A stretch of DNA of 64,000 bases from Saprospiraceae bacterium. GTDB lineage: Bacteria > Bacteroidota > Bacteroidia > Chitinophagales > Saprospiraceae. Shown here piece by piece: positions 39,486 to 49,383 of this stretch. The stretch spans positions 18,729 through 82,728 of the forward strand of contig JBGCFD010000046.1 in NCBI GenBank assembly GCA_045106765.1, read 5' to 3'. How positions within the stretch are numbered: position 1 is the first letter of the stretch; every line of letters starts with the position of its first letter. The notes under the pieces are model-generated. The model made no database searches and had not been told where the DNA came from. It saw nothing but the letters and a program-made list of their open reading frames with translations. The position numbers and the translations under genes are program-made.

Positions 39486-39629
39486 ATTGTTTTTGTTTAA
39501 TTATATAGTTAGGTAAAAACTCATTTTTTAAGTAGGTTATTCTTTCTTCCGTAAAAATAGTAAATATTCGCTTTTAGAAAAATCAACATACGAATGTTCT
39601 AAAAGTTGATTCCATTTTTAATTTTTGAT

Positions 39630-39733
39630 AAAAAAAATACTAATACCATAATTCCTTTCTAAAATTTCCTTCCTCTCCTGTTTTTTAAATATCTTTAAAA
39701 ACGATTTTTTCAAAAAAAATCCTAATACCATAA
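39630..39733 (+). promoter_or_regulatory. Pair of 22-nt direct repeats upstream of the T9SS cargo gene
   Basis: aaaaaaaatActaataccataa (39630-39651) and aaaaaaaatCctaataccataa (39712-39733) match at 21 of 22 positions and are 82 bp apart. Confidence 0.3.
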
Positions 39734-39763
39734 CACAATACAGCATATTTATAAATTTAAACT

Positions 39764-41680
39764 ATGACTAACCTAAAATGTACTTCAAAAAAATCGATTA
39801 ATATTCTTTTCCTATTATTTTTATTATGCCTTGGAAATTCTGTTTTTGCACAAACACCCACCGCTCAAGATTGTCTCGGAGCTATCCCTATTTGTGCTCA
39901 AGCTTATACCGAAACCACCTCTCCTTCTGGCTCCGGAAATTATCCTAACGAAATAAATGGAACTTCTCAAGGTGGAATTTGCTGTATGGATAATGAGTTA
40001 AATTCTATCTGGTACACATTTACTGTTAATCAATCTGGTGACTTTGGATTTACCTTGACACCTAATAATTCGATTGATGATTACGACTGGGCCATGTTTG
40101 ATATTACCAATGGTAGCTGTGAAGATATTTTTAATGATATTTCGATGCAAGTAAGTTGTAATGCTGCTGGAGGAGGCACTTGCAATGGAAATACAGGAGC
40201 AAACGGAGGATCTACTTATAATAATCAAGGGGCAGGTTGTAATAGTATTAACCCTAGTCAGTTTGCAGGAAATAGTGCCGATAATGCCCTTGTCCCAGTT
40301 CAGCAAGGCAATACTTATGTATTGGTAATTTCCAATTGGTCAGGTTCAACCAATGGATACACGATTGATTTTGGGGTCTCTGGAAATATTGGAATTATCG
40401 ATATGATTGATCCTGAAGTTTCAGATATCACGCTCCCTGGCGATTGTGGAGGTGATGAAATGGAAGTTACCTTTTCGGAATATATTCAATGCGCTACCAT
40501 TAGTGGAAACAATTTTCAAATCTCAGGCCCAGGCGGTCCGTATACTGCTACTGTATCAGCTAATGCTTGTAACCAAGGTGGTGCTTACGATAATATTTTC
40601 ACAATTAATATTAATCCACCAATTACAGAAATTGGAAATTATTCCATCGCTCTGGTGACCAATGGAACAACAGATCTTTTAGATTTATGTGAAAATCCAT
40701 TAGTGATTGACACCTTTTATTTTTCAGTATTGAATAGTCCTTTGCCCAATATTAATATTGGAAACGATACTATTTTATGTAATGGAGAATCCGTCAACAT
40801 TGACGTTTCACTTCCCAATGCAGAATCATATTCTTGGTCTGATGGAACAGGTGGGCCGATTATTTCAATCACCGATCCTGGAACTTATACAGTTACGATC
40901 ACCAATATTTGTAATTCAGTAACGGATAATATTTTGGTCAATTTTGTTCCATTACAAACCGTGGATGTGAACCTGGGATCAGATACACTACTTTGTCCTG
41001 GAGAAATTTATGCGCTTGATGGAACGTGGATTGGAGGTGTTCAATATCTATGGCAAGATGGATCGACAGATCCAATTTATCAAGTTTCGGAAACAGGTTT
41101 TTATGAAGTTCAAATTCTTGGTGCCTGTGGAGAAACAGGTTTTGCGGCTGTCCAAATAGATTATGATGAGACAGAATTAAACTTGAATTTAGGACCTGAC
41201 AGTTTACTTTGTGAAGAGGATGGTTTTTATGTCATTGATGTATTCGATCCAAATGTAGAGGAATATATTTGGAGTGATGGCACAACAGGTTCTACTTTAC
41301 AAGTAACCGAAAATGGTATTTATGGCGTAACGATTTCTGACAATTGTAATGTATTGATAGATGAAGTCAATCTTGAATTTACCAATTGTACCCTTTGTGA
41401 AGTTTATGTTCCAAATGCATTTTCGCCAGACTTTAATGGTTACAATGATTATTTTTTGCCTTACTCCAATTGTTCATTACTTAATTATTCTATGAAAATT
41501 TTTAATCGTTGGGGCGCTCTAGTTTATACGTCGACCAATCCAGATGAAGGATGGGACGGCAGATTTAACAACAAAGATATTCCTGAAGGAGTCTATGTTT
41601 ACCTCCTTGAGTTTGAGGTAAATCAGCGAGGAGAAAATATTCCTAAAAGATTATCAGGTGACCTTACCGTTGTAAAATAA
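39764..41680 (+). CDS. T9SS type B CTD surface protein
   Basis: Signal peptide, a Cys-containing N-terminal domain (DCLGAIPIC...NSIWYTF...DDYDWAMF), four Ig-like LC.GE...Y.W.DGS modules, and the C-terminus PNAFSPDFNGYND...FNRWGALVY...GVYVYLL...GDLTVVK. Confidence 0.88.
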   Translation: MTNLKCTSKKSINILFLLFLLCLGNSVFAQTPTAQDCLGAIPICAQAYTETTSPSGSGNYPNEINGTSQGGICCMDNELNSIWYTFTVNQSGDFGFTLTPNNSIDDYDWAMFDITNGSCEDIFNDISMQVSCNAAGGGTCNGNTGANGGSTYNNQGAGCNSINPSQFAGNSADNALVPVQQGNTYVLVISNWSGSTNGYTIDFGVSGNIGIIDMIDPEVSDITLPGDCGGDEMEVTFSEYIQCATISGNNFQISGPGGPYTATVSANACNQGGAYDNIFTININPPITEIGNYSIALVTNGTTDLLDLCENPLVIDTFYFSVLNSPLPNINIGNDTILCNGESVNIDVSLPNAESYSWSDGTGGPIISITDPGTYTVTITNICNSVTDNILVNFVPLQTVDVNLGSDTLLCPGEIYALDGTWIGGVQYLWQDGSTDPIYQVSETGFYEVQILGACGETGFAAVQIDYDETELNLNLGPDSLLCEEDGFYVIDVFDPNVEEYIWSDGTTGSTLQVTENGIYGVTISDNCNVLIDEVNLEFTNCTLCEVYVPNAFSPDFNGYNDYFLPYSNCSLLNYSMKIFNRWGALVYTSTNPDEGWDGRFNNKDIPEGVYVYLLEFEVNQRGENIPKRLSGDLTVVK

Positions 41681-41682
41681 TA

Positions 41683-41722
41683 AAAACGTTGGACGTCAAA
41701 CATTTGACGTCCAACGTTTTTT
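41683..41722 (+). terminator. Perfect 18-bp-arm palindrome plus T-run
   Basis: aaaacgttggacgtcaaa-ca-tttgacgtccaacgtttt followed by tt. It ends only 11 nt before the TTG start of the next gene. Confidence 0.75.
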
Positions 41723-41733
41723 AAAAGTTCGTT

Positions 41734-43830
41734 TTGAAAAAAAAATTCCCTTTCTTACTTTCCATCATTTGGCTGATTCTTATTTTCTTCATCAATCCGA
41801 TTGGTGAATTTCCATTGAACGATGATTGGTCTTACACTCATAATGTCAAAGCCTTGGCACTTGATCATCAAATTACTTTTGATGATTGGGGAGCAATGAC
41901 TTTGATTGCGCACACTATCTGGGGAACTTTATTTTGTAAAATATTTGGATTCTCTTTTACCGCACTCCGAGTATCAACTTTGATCATAAGTTGGATAGGT
42001 TTGTTGGCAACTTTTTTCTTTTTTAGAGAAGGAGGTTTAGAGAAAAAAAAAGCATTTTGGGCGACCCTTCTAATTGCTTTAAATCCACTTTATTTAGTAC
42101 TTTCCTTTAGTTATATGACAGACATTCCATTTATGTGTTTTGTTATTTTGTCCGCATTATTTTTTTTAAAATTCATTCATAAAAAACCGAATTATAACCT
42201 CTATTGGGCAACAGTATTTTCCGTCATTGCTACTTTGATTCGACAACCTGGAATTCTACTCCCGCTTTCTTTCTTTTTTATTTATATTTTAAAAAATAAA
42301 ACTTCGTTAAAATCTGTATTTCAATCAGTTATACCTCTTTTTTCAACAACTACGATTTTAATTCTATTCACCACATGGCGAAAAAACAACTACGGATTGT
42401 CTAATAGTTTTGGAACTACAGATCATTTGATTGAAAATATTTTCAATGGAAAAATTACGCAAAATTTAAGCGAGCAAGCTCATGGAATTTTTATTTATTG
42501 GGGGATATTTTTATTGCCGTTTCTGTTTATTTCATTTTCTTATTTTTGGAAAAAAGAAGACTGGAAAACTCGGCTTCTCGTGTTTGTAATTACGCTGTTA
42601 TGCATCTTTCCCTTTTTGGAAAAATGGAATTATCCTTTGCATGGAAACATCATTTTTAATTTAGGAATAGGACCACATATTCTGGCAGAATACCCTGAAT
42701 CCTATTCTCCCTATTTTTCAGTATCGGAGTGGAACAATTTAAAATTAATCGGTTTCATTGGCGGCGTAAATATATTGTTATGGCTTTGGTTTCGATTTAT
42801 CCAAACCTTATTTTTTTTGATAAAAAGAGAAACAGAAAAAGTAAATTGGGCAACTGCATTTTCTCTCACCACCGCTGGGATTTACTTTTTCTTTTTGATG
42901 ACAAATGATTATTTTTTTGATCGATATTATCTGATGCCGCTCCCCTTTTTGGTTTTAATAATTTTTCCAAAAAATCATACCGCTAATATCTTTATATTAA
43001 AAAAATGGACAACAATTCCTGCCGCAGCAATATTTTCTATGATTGCTTTTTTTTCCATCACAGCAACCAAAGACAATCTATCCTGGAATCGAACTCGTTG
43101 GAAAGCAACTGAATTTGCTATCAACAAATTGAACATTCCGATTAAAAATATTAATGGTGGTTTTGAATTTAATGGTTGGAATCGACGAGGTGTTCCACTT
43201 CCAACAAATTGGGGCAATCAAAATTGGTGGCAAAATAAAGAGGGACAATTCACCCTTTCTAGCGGACCGCTTTGTGGATACGAAACAATCAAAACATTTC
43301 CTAATTCCAAAATCCTTCCACCTCAAAAGGATACTATTTTTATTTTAAAAAAATCAAAAATTGCCTCTTCTGAAATTATTCGATGCGATGCAGAAACACT
43401 AACTTTTGATTCTACCAATTTTCAAAGCAACTTAGAAAATTATGTTTTTGGAAATATTGAAACTCGATCCTCTGAACAAAAACATACAGGCAATTACAGT
43501 ATTCTAACCAATGAAAAAACACCATTTGGTTTTACCATAAAATTAGGCAACGTCAGCCCCTGCGAGAGAATTTGGTTCCAAGTATGGAGATTCCCAACCA
43601 AATCAACCGCAGCAATTGTTGGAGCAGCATCCAATCCAAAAGATTTTTATCAGTTAGGAAAAAACAAAATTTTGCAGACCAAAGAAAATGGTTGGAGTCA
43701 AATAACGACCGAATTTGTCGTCCCAAAAAACTTTCGAGATTCCAATTTGGTATTTTATATTTTTAACCCAACAAAAAATAATACTTGGTTTGATGACCTA
43801 GAAATCACTAGATTGAAAATAGAGAATTGA
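41734..43830 (+). CDS. GT-C-like (ArnT/PMT_2-like) polytopic membrane glycosyltransferase with a C-terminal CBM-like domain, paralog 1
   Basis: TTG start. About 13 TM helices, FPLNDDWSY in the first loop, an FGFSFTALR..TL segment, and a ~250-aa soluble C-terminus ending WFDDLEITRLK. Confidence 0.75.
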   Translation: MKKKFPFLLSIIWLILIFFINPIGEFPLNDDWSYTHNVKALALDHQITFDDWGAMTLIAHTIWGTLFCKIFGFSFTALRVSTLIISWIGLLATFFFFREGGLEKKKAFWATLLIALNPLYLVLSFSYMTDIPFMCFVILSALFFLKFIHKKPNYNLYWATVFSVIATLIRQPGILLPLSFFFIYILKNKTSLKSVFQSVIPLFSTTTILILFTTWRKNNYGLSNSFGTTDHLIENIFNGKITQNLSEQAHGIFIYWGIFLLPFLFISFSYFWKKEDWKTRLLVFVITLLCIFPFLEKWNYPLHGNIIFNLGIGPHILAEYPESYSPYFSVSEWNNLKLIGFIGGVNILLWLWFRFIQTLFFLIKRETEKVNWATAFSLTTAGIYFFFLMTNDYFFDRYYLMPLPFLVLIIFPKNHTANIFILKKWTTIPAAAIFSMIAFFSITATKDNLSWNRTRWKATEFAINKLNIPIKNINGGFEFNGWNRRGVPLPTNWGNQNWWQNKEGQFTLSSGPLCGYETIKTFPNSKILPPQKDTIFILKKSKIASSEIIRCDAETLTFDSTNFQSNLENYVFGNIETRSSEQKHTGNYSILTNEKTPFGFTIKLGNVSPCERIWFQVWRFPTKSTAAIVGAASNPKDFYQLGKNKILQTKENGWSQITTEFVVPKNFRDSNLVFYIFNPTKNNTWFDDLEITRLKIEN

Positions 43831-43923
43831 TTTTCATTTTTTCGCCATCTACAATAATTTTAGCATCTTGCAGTTCCAATTTTAAAACGAAAAAAAATTT
43901 AAAACAAGCAACGAAAACACATC

Positions 43924-45999
43924 TTGAAAAAATACTTAACCTTTCCATTTCTCCTTTCCATCATTTGGCTAATCTGCATCATTTTAGTCAACCCATTAGG
44001 CGATTTTCCGCTCAATGATGATTGGTCATATGGTCGAAATGCAAAAGCACTCGCCTTGGAAAATGAAATATTTTTTGATGATTGGGGTGCTATGACTTTA
44101 ATCGTACACACGATGTGGGGAGCATTCTTTTGTAAAATGTTTGGCTTCTCATTTACGGTACTTCGCTTCTCCACTTTAATTTTAGGATGGGCTGGTTTGT
44201 TGGTGACCAATTTATTTTTTCAAGAAGGAGGCATGAGTAAAAAACAGGCTGGGTGGGCAACACTTTTACTATGTTTTAATCCTTATTTTTTTATGAACTC
44301 ATTCACTTACATGACAGAAGTTCCATTCCTTTTTTTCTTTATCTCTTCTGCCTATTTCGCCCTCAAAAGTATTAATGACAAAAGTGATTATAACATTATA
44401 TTTGCATCTATATTTTCCATTCTTGCCGTACTCATCAGGCAACATGCAGTATTAGTTCCACTAGCTTTCTTTTTTATATTTATAATAAAAAAGAAAGCTT
44501 CATTAAAGACTATTGGTCAATCAGTTACACCACTATTTTTAACTTTTGGCGCATTAACAATCTTTACGAACTGGAGAAATTCGCAATATGGTTTATCTCA
44601 AAACTTTGGAAGTACCAATACTCTTTACGAAAGCATCTTCAATGGAAGATTAGAGTTTGCTTTACAATACAAAGCTCAATATTTTTTCGTCTATTGGGGG
44701 CTTTTTTTACTCCCTATTTTAATTCTACTTGTCCCTTATTTTTGGAAAAAAATACCTAAAGCTGGGATGCTTTTTTCAGTAATTCTGACATTAATTATTT
44801 GCTATCCTTACTTCTCTAGCCATCGAGACTTTTTGGGAAACACCTTTCATAACTTAGGAGTTGGATTCATGGCACTTCCTACAAATTCAGAAATTTCTCC
44901 TCCAAAAATTGGTACAAATGATTGGGAAAATCTTTTTTTAATATCACTCTTTGCAGGTACCTTATTGTTCAAATGGATTTTGATTCGCACCGCTCAAGTT
45001 TTTATTTTTATCAAAAATAAAAAATCGGAACAAGTCAATTGGAGTACTCCTTTTGCATTAATTATTTGCTTTGCTTATTTCTGCTTTTTGATGTTGAACA
45101 ATCATTATATTGATCGATATAATTTATTGGCTGTTCCTTTCTTGATTCTACTAATTGCACCTTATCATCAACCAGTCCATCTTCCAAAACCATTCAAAGT
45201 CTTAGCTTCAATTGCTTTTTTTATTACTGTATTTTTTTCAATTGGAGCGACTCATGATTACTTATCTTGGAATAGAGCCAGATGGAAAGCCAGTCATTTT
45301 GCACATAATAATTACGAAATCAAGCCTGGATTAATCAATGGAGGATTTGAATATAAATTTACTTACGACAATAAATATATTCGTCCTAGTGGCTGGGAAG
45401 ATATCGAAACTTGGAATACTACACCTGAACAATTTTTAATCTCTTTTTCGGAAGAATGTAAATATGAAACCAAAAATACTTTTCCTTATCAACGATACTT
45501 ACCACCTAGAACTGACTCGATTTTCTTATTAAAAAAAGAAACGATTACTCCTTTCGATACGATTATTTGTAATATGGATAGCCTTTCGAAGGATGGTAAA
45601 TTTTTCCAAACCAATCAAAATAACGTCCTTCTTGGAAATGTAGACACGAGAACTTCAGAAAGATCTCACTCTGGAAAATACTCTGTAGCAATTAATAGTG
45701 GGCAATCCTATGCACTTACATTTGACCTAAAAGATATTGAACCTTGCGAAAAAATTTCAGTTACTTTTCACAGATTTCCTGCTCGTCATCCAGCTGGAGC
45801 TGTAATGGTTCACGATCAATATTACTATATAGAGAATCTCAATTATATGACTGCCTTGGACAAACCGAACTGGGGAAGAGGAATTCAAGAATTTAAAATT
45901 CCTGAAAATCTTGATAAATCAACTTTGACTTTTTTCCTTTTTAATCCTGCAAGTGAGATGGTTTGGTTCGACGATTTGACTATCATACGCATGAAGTAA
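43924..45999 (+). CDS. GT-C-like membrane glycosyltransferase with a C-terminal CBM-like domain, paralog 2
   Basis: TTG start and the same architecture. The N-terminal ~90 aa are about 85 percent identical to paralog 3. Confidence 0.75.
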   Translation: MKKYLTFPFLLSIIWLICIILVNPLGDFPLNDDWSYGRNAKALALENEIFFDDWGAMTLIVHTMWGAFFCKMFGFSFTVLRFSTLILGWAGLLVTNLFFQEGGMSKKQAGWATLLLCFNPYFFMNSFTYMTEVPFLFFFISSAYFALKSINDKSDYNIIFASIFSILAVLIRQHAVLVPLAFFFIFIIKKKASLKTIGQSVTPLFLTFGALTIFTNWRNSQYGLSQNFGSTNTLYESIFNGRLEFALQYKAQYFFVYWGLFLLPILILLVPYFWKKIPKAGMLFSVILTLIICYPYFSSHRDFLGNTFHNLGVGFMALPTNSEISPPKIGTNDWENLFLISLFAGTLLFKWILIRTAQVFIFIKNKKSEQVNWSTPFALIICFAYFCFLMLNNHYIDRYNLLAVPFLILLIAPYHQPVHLPKPFKVLASIAFFITVFFSIGATHDYLSWNRARWKASHFAHNNYEIKPGLINGGFEYKFTYDNKYIRPSGWEDIETWNTTPEQFLISFSEECKYETKNTFPYQRYLPPRTDSIFLLKKETITPFDTIICNMDSLSKDGKFFQTNQNNVLLGNVDTRTSERSHSGKYSVAINSGQSYALTFDLKDIEPCEKISVTFHRFPARHPAGAVMVHDQYYYIENLNYMTALDKPNWGRGIQEFKIPENLDKSTLTFFLFNPASEMVWFDDLTIIRMK

Positions 46000-46025
46000 A
46001 AATTATTTTCAACCAATAAATTTAA

Positions 46026-48107
46026 ATGTATAATCTGCTCAAAAATCATTCATTCCTTCTTTCCATCATCTGGCTAATTTGCATTATTTTAGTCAACCCA
46101 ATTGGCGATTTTCCACTCAATGATGATTGGTCATATGCACGAAATGCCCAAGCACTTGCCTTGGAAAATAAAATCTATTTTGATGATTGGGGAGCGATGA
46201 CTTTAATTGCACACACGATGTGGGGAGCATTCTTTTGTAAAATATTTGGCTTCTCATTTACGGTACTTCGCTTCTCCACTTTAGTTTTAGGATGGATCGG
46301 ATTATTGGTTACTTTCCGTTTTTTTCAAGAAGGAGGAATGAAGAAAAATCATGCATTTTGGGCAACGATTTTATTTGCATTTAATCCTTTTTATTTTGCT
46401 AATTCATTTAGTTACATGACTGAAGTTCCATTCATGTGTTTTTTGATGACAGCAGCTTATTTTTCTCTCAAAGCGATCAATGGCAAAGGTCAAAAAAACA
46501 TTTTTTTAGCAGCACTATTTTCGATCATAGCTACGATGATTCGACAACCTGGAGTTTTAGTTCCCATTGCTTTTTCTATCACTTATGTTACCAAAAATAA
46601 ACTTTCGTTAAAGACTCTAATTCAAGGAATTACGCCTACTTTTTTAACTTTAGGGAGTTTAATTTTATTCACTATTTGGCGAAATGAGAATTATGGACTT
46701 TCTAAAAACTTTGGAAAAACTAGCCAACTCCTTGATAATATCTCTAATGGAAATTTAGCTGATGCAATTACTACTAAATCAGTTGGCTTTTTTATTTTAT
46801 GGGGACTTTTTTTATTGCCAATTTTGATTGTTTTAGTAAGTAATTTTTGGAAAAAAATTCCGACGACTGGGAAAATAATTTCAGTTGTAATTGCATTGTT
46901 ATTGAGCTATCCATTTTATCACTCTCTCGCAGATTCTTACTTAGGAAATACTTTTTTAAACTTGGGAATTGGCCCACTTGTTTTGCCCTTTGAAGGAGAA
47001 TTTCCCATCAGTCAAATGCATAAAAATGATTGGAAAAATTTCACTTTAATTGGTTTCATTAGTGGTATCGTTTTACTTCAATGGATTTTAATTCGCACCA
47101 CTCAACTTTTATTTTTTATAAAAAACAAAACATCAGTATCAGTCAATTGGAATACCTTTTTTGGTTTGGCAACTGCCTTTGGCTATTTCGCTTTTTTGAT
47201 GTTAAATAATTTTTATTTTGATCGATATAGTTTAGTGGCAATTCCATTTTTGATCTTAATGCTCTTTCCTCAAAATGCAAATTTTTCTATTCCTCGACTC
47301 CTAAAAATAGTTGGACATATCGCACTTGCAACAATTATTTTATTTTCTATCGGAGCAACTCATGATTATCTTTCTTGGAATCGAGCACGATGGGAAGCAG
47401 CCAATTATTCACATCAAGTACTTCAATTAGAACCTGCTGAAATCAATGGTGGATTGGAATACAAAAAGTGGTTTGGAATTTTTTTTAATCGTCCACCTGG
47501 CTACCAAGGTTTGGAAGATTGGGAAAGTCTTCGGGAGCATTATATTATTTCACATTCGGAGCAATGCCTTTTTACAACCCTCAAAAGTTTTCCCTATACT
47601 CGTTATTTTCCACCAAAGCGAGATGCTATTTATTTATTAGAAAAAGAAAATTTCTCCCATACAGATACGATCACTTGCAATGCAGAATTGCTTTCCGAAA
47701 ATGATCAACGCTTCCTCACTAATAAAAATGAGATCCAATTAATGAATGTCGAAACTAGAGTTTCTGACAAAGCCCACTCAGGCAAATATTCTATTTTATT
47801 AGATTCAGAACATCCCTATGGATTTACATTTACCATGGAAAATTTACAACCCTGCGAAAAAATTTTAGTGATCTGTTGGAAGTTTTCTCCGACCAATGCC
47901 GTCAAAGCAGTTATGGCAATGGAAGGCGATTTCTATCTATCAAATCCTGATTTGATTCTAGACAAAGATGAAAATGGATGGACAAAACAAGCACAAGAAT
48001 TTACTATTCCAAAAGATTATAAAGGAACTAAAGCTACTTTCTTCTTTTTCAATCCTACTGCTGAAAAAGTTTATTTTGATGATCTGATGATTGTGAGGAT
48101 TAGGTGA
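46026..48107 (+). CDS. GT-C-like membrane glycosyltransferase with a C-terminal CBM-like domain, paralog 3
   Basis: ATG start and the same architecture. The C-terminus reads ...VYFDDLMIVRIR. Confidence 0.75.
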   Translation: MYNLLKNHSFLLSIIWLICIILVNPIGDFPLNDDWSYARNAQALALENKIYFDDWGAMTLIAHTMWGAFFCKIFGFSFTVLRFSTLVLGWIGLLVTFRFFQEGGMKKNHAFWATILFAFNPFYFANSFSYMTEVPFMCFLMTAAYFSLKAINGKGQKNIFLAALFSIIATMIRQPGVLVPIAFSITYVTKNKLSLKTLIQGITPTFLTLGSLILFTIWRNENYGLSKNFGKTSQLLDNISNGNLADAITTKSVGFFILWGLFLLPILIVLVSNFWKKIPTTGKIISVVIALLLSYPFYHSLADSYLGNTFLNLGIGPLVLPFEGEFPISQMHKNDWKNFTLIGFISGIVLLQWILIRTTQLLFFIKNKTSVSVNWNTFFGLATAFGYFAFLMLNNFYFDRYSLVAIPFLILMLFPQNANFSIPRLLKIVGHIALATIILFSIGATHDYLSWNRARWEAANYSHQVLQLEPAEINGGLEYKKWFGIFFNRPPGYQGLEDWESLREHYIISHSEQCLFTTLKSFPYTRYFPPKRDAIYLLEKENFSHTDTITCNAELLSENDQRFLTNKNEIQLMNVETRVSDKAHSGKYSILLDSEHPYGFTFTMENLQPCEKILVICWKFSPTNAVKAVMAMEGDFYLSNPDLILDKDENGWTKQAQEFTIPKDYKGTKATFFFFNPTAEKVYFDDLMIVRIR

Positions 48108-48139
48108 GTTAGTTGACTGATTGATCAAGAGATTTGACA

Positions 48140-48523
48140 TTAATTCGGTAATGCATCTTTAAGTTCAGTCATAAATGCATCTGTTTTTTCACCCAAAGGA
48201 ATACTGATATAATTGAATTGGTCATAAAATACTTTGGCCATTTTTTTCCCATAAAATGTTTTTCCGTCTTCGATTTTAGCGATATTTTTTAACCAAATTT
48301 TTTGATGTGTTTTTCCAAAAGTAGAAACAGCTAAGTGATCTTTTTTCACTTCATAGGTATTTTTAAAAAATAAAACTAATGGCAAAAGTGGTGCAGTCAA
48401 CATGGCTGCAATCTTCAAATTGGCGCTCAACCATTCGAAGATTCCAAAACCTAAAATCACCATTAGAATGATGATAGCCATTTTATAATTGAAGGAAGTG
48501 TATTTCAATTTTTTTATTTTCAT
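48140..48523 (-). CDS. Two-TM membrane protein with a possible bacterial PH-like domain
   Basis: Two N-terminal TM helices, then a ~70-aa soluble domain (EVKKDHLAVSTFGKTHQKIWLKNIAKIE). The family assignment is tentative. Confidence 0.55.
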   Translation of the reverse strand: MKIKKLKYTSFNYKMAIIILMVILGFGIFEWLSANLKIAAMLTAPLLPLVLFFKNTYEVKKDHLAVSTFGKTHQKIWLKNIAKIEDGKTFYGKKMAKVFYDQFNYISIPLGEKTDAFMTELKDALPN

Positions 48524-48591
48524 GAAAAAAGTTTAACGACGTAAAACTAAAAATTAACCCAATCAAAATAGAATTTCTAATCTAAAATAAA

Positions 48592-48625
48592 ACACCCATT
48601 TAAAACATAAGTTTTAAATGGGTGT
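48592..48625 (-). terminator. Terminator downstream of the OmpA/SPOR gene
   Basis: Perfect 15-bp stem acacccatttaaaac / gttttaaatgggtgt with loop ataa. Confidence 0.7.
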
Positions 48626-48648
48626 CATTTTTTTTAAGTAAAAAAATA

Positions 48649-49383
48649 TTAGTTTACATCAAGTTCACTAGGCACATAAATCGGTTCCACTAAACTCATC
48701 GAATTTCCATTTTTATCTAAAATTTCCAAAACTACTCTTCGATTAAATTGTCTTCCCTCTTCAGTATCTGCTCCATTTTCCAATTGATTTTTTGCAATTG
48801 GTTGGTGTTCTCCATAAGTTTCGATTTTGATTCGACTGGCAGGAATACCTCTACTGATCAAATATTTTTTTGCAGACTTTGCTCGATTTTTTGACAAACG
48901 ATCATTATAAGAATCATTTCCTTTAGCATCAGTATGTGCTCTCAAACTAGCAATCAAAGATGGATTTTCTTTTAAGTTATTCACCATCAAACTTAACTGC
49001 TTTCTTGATTCAGCTCTCAAATTATATTTATCAAAATCAAAAAAGATAGATTGCAAACTAGAAACCAATTTTCGAGGAGGAGGAGTTTTATAACAAGTAC
49101 AAGTTGCATTAAAAAAGCTTTCATGCATCACGGTTGTGTTATACCCCAAAGCTTCCAATTTTTTACTTTCTGTCTCTGCACTAGCTTCGTCATATTTTCC
49201 CACAAAATATCTATGGAAATCATATTTGTCTTTGCTATAAAAGATTTCACCATTAATATTTTGAAATTGTGCTGCGGAAACAGTCTTGTTGTAAACAGCA
49301 ATTTGAACGAACCAATCATTCTCCGCCGCTTTCATGGATAGAGAACTCAAAATAACGCAAATTGCTAAAAGTGTGTTTTTCAT
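48649..49383 (-). CDS. OmpA-family peptidoglycan-binding protein with an N-terminal SPOR-like domain
   Basis: Signal peptide, WFVQIAVYNK...YFVGKY (SPOR-like), and an OmpA_C-like segment (FFDFDKYNL...HTDAKGNDSYNDRLSKNRA...NRRVVLEI). Confidence 0.85.
   Translation of the reverse strand: MKNTLLAICVILSSLSMKAAENDWFVQIAVYNKTVSAAQFQNINGEIFYSKDKYDFHRYFVGKYDEASAETESKKLEALGYNTTVMHESFFNATCTCYKTPPPRKLVSSLQSIFFDFDKYNLRAESRKQLSLMVNNLKENPSLIASLRAHTDAKGNDSYNDRLSKNRAKSAKKYLISRGIPASRIKIETYGEHQPIAKNQLENGADTEEGRQFNRRVVLEILDKNGNSMSLVEPIYVPSELDVN

Noticed and set aside
43827-44210. ORFs 43827-44018 (+) and 43899-44210 (-) at the junction of GT-C paralogs 1 and 2
   Set aside because: Both overlap the conserved N-terminal coding region of paralog 2. 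That region is supported by homology to paralogs 1 and 3 in another frame or strand.
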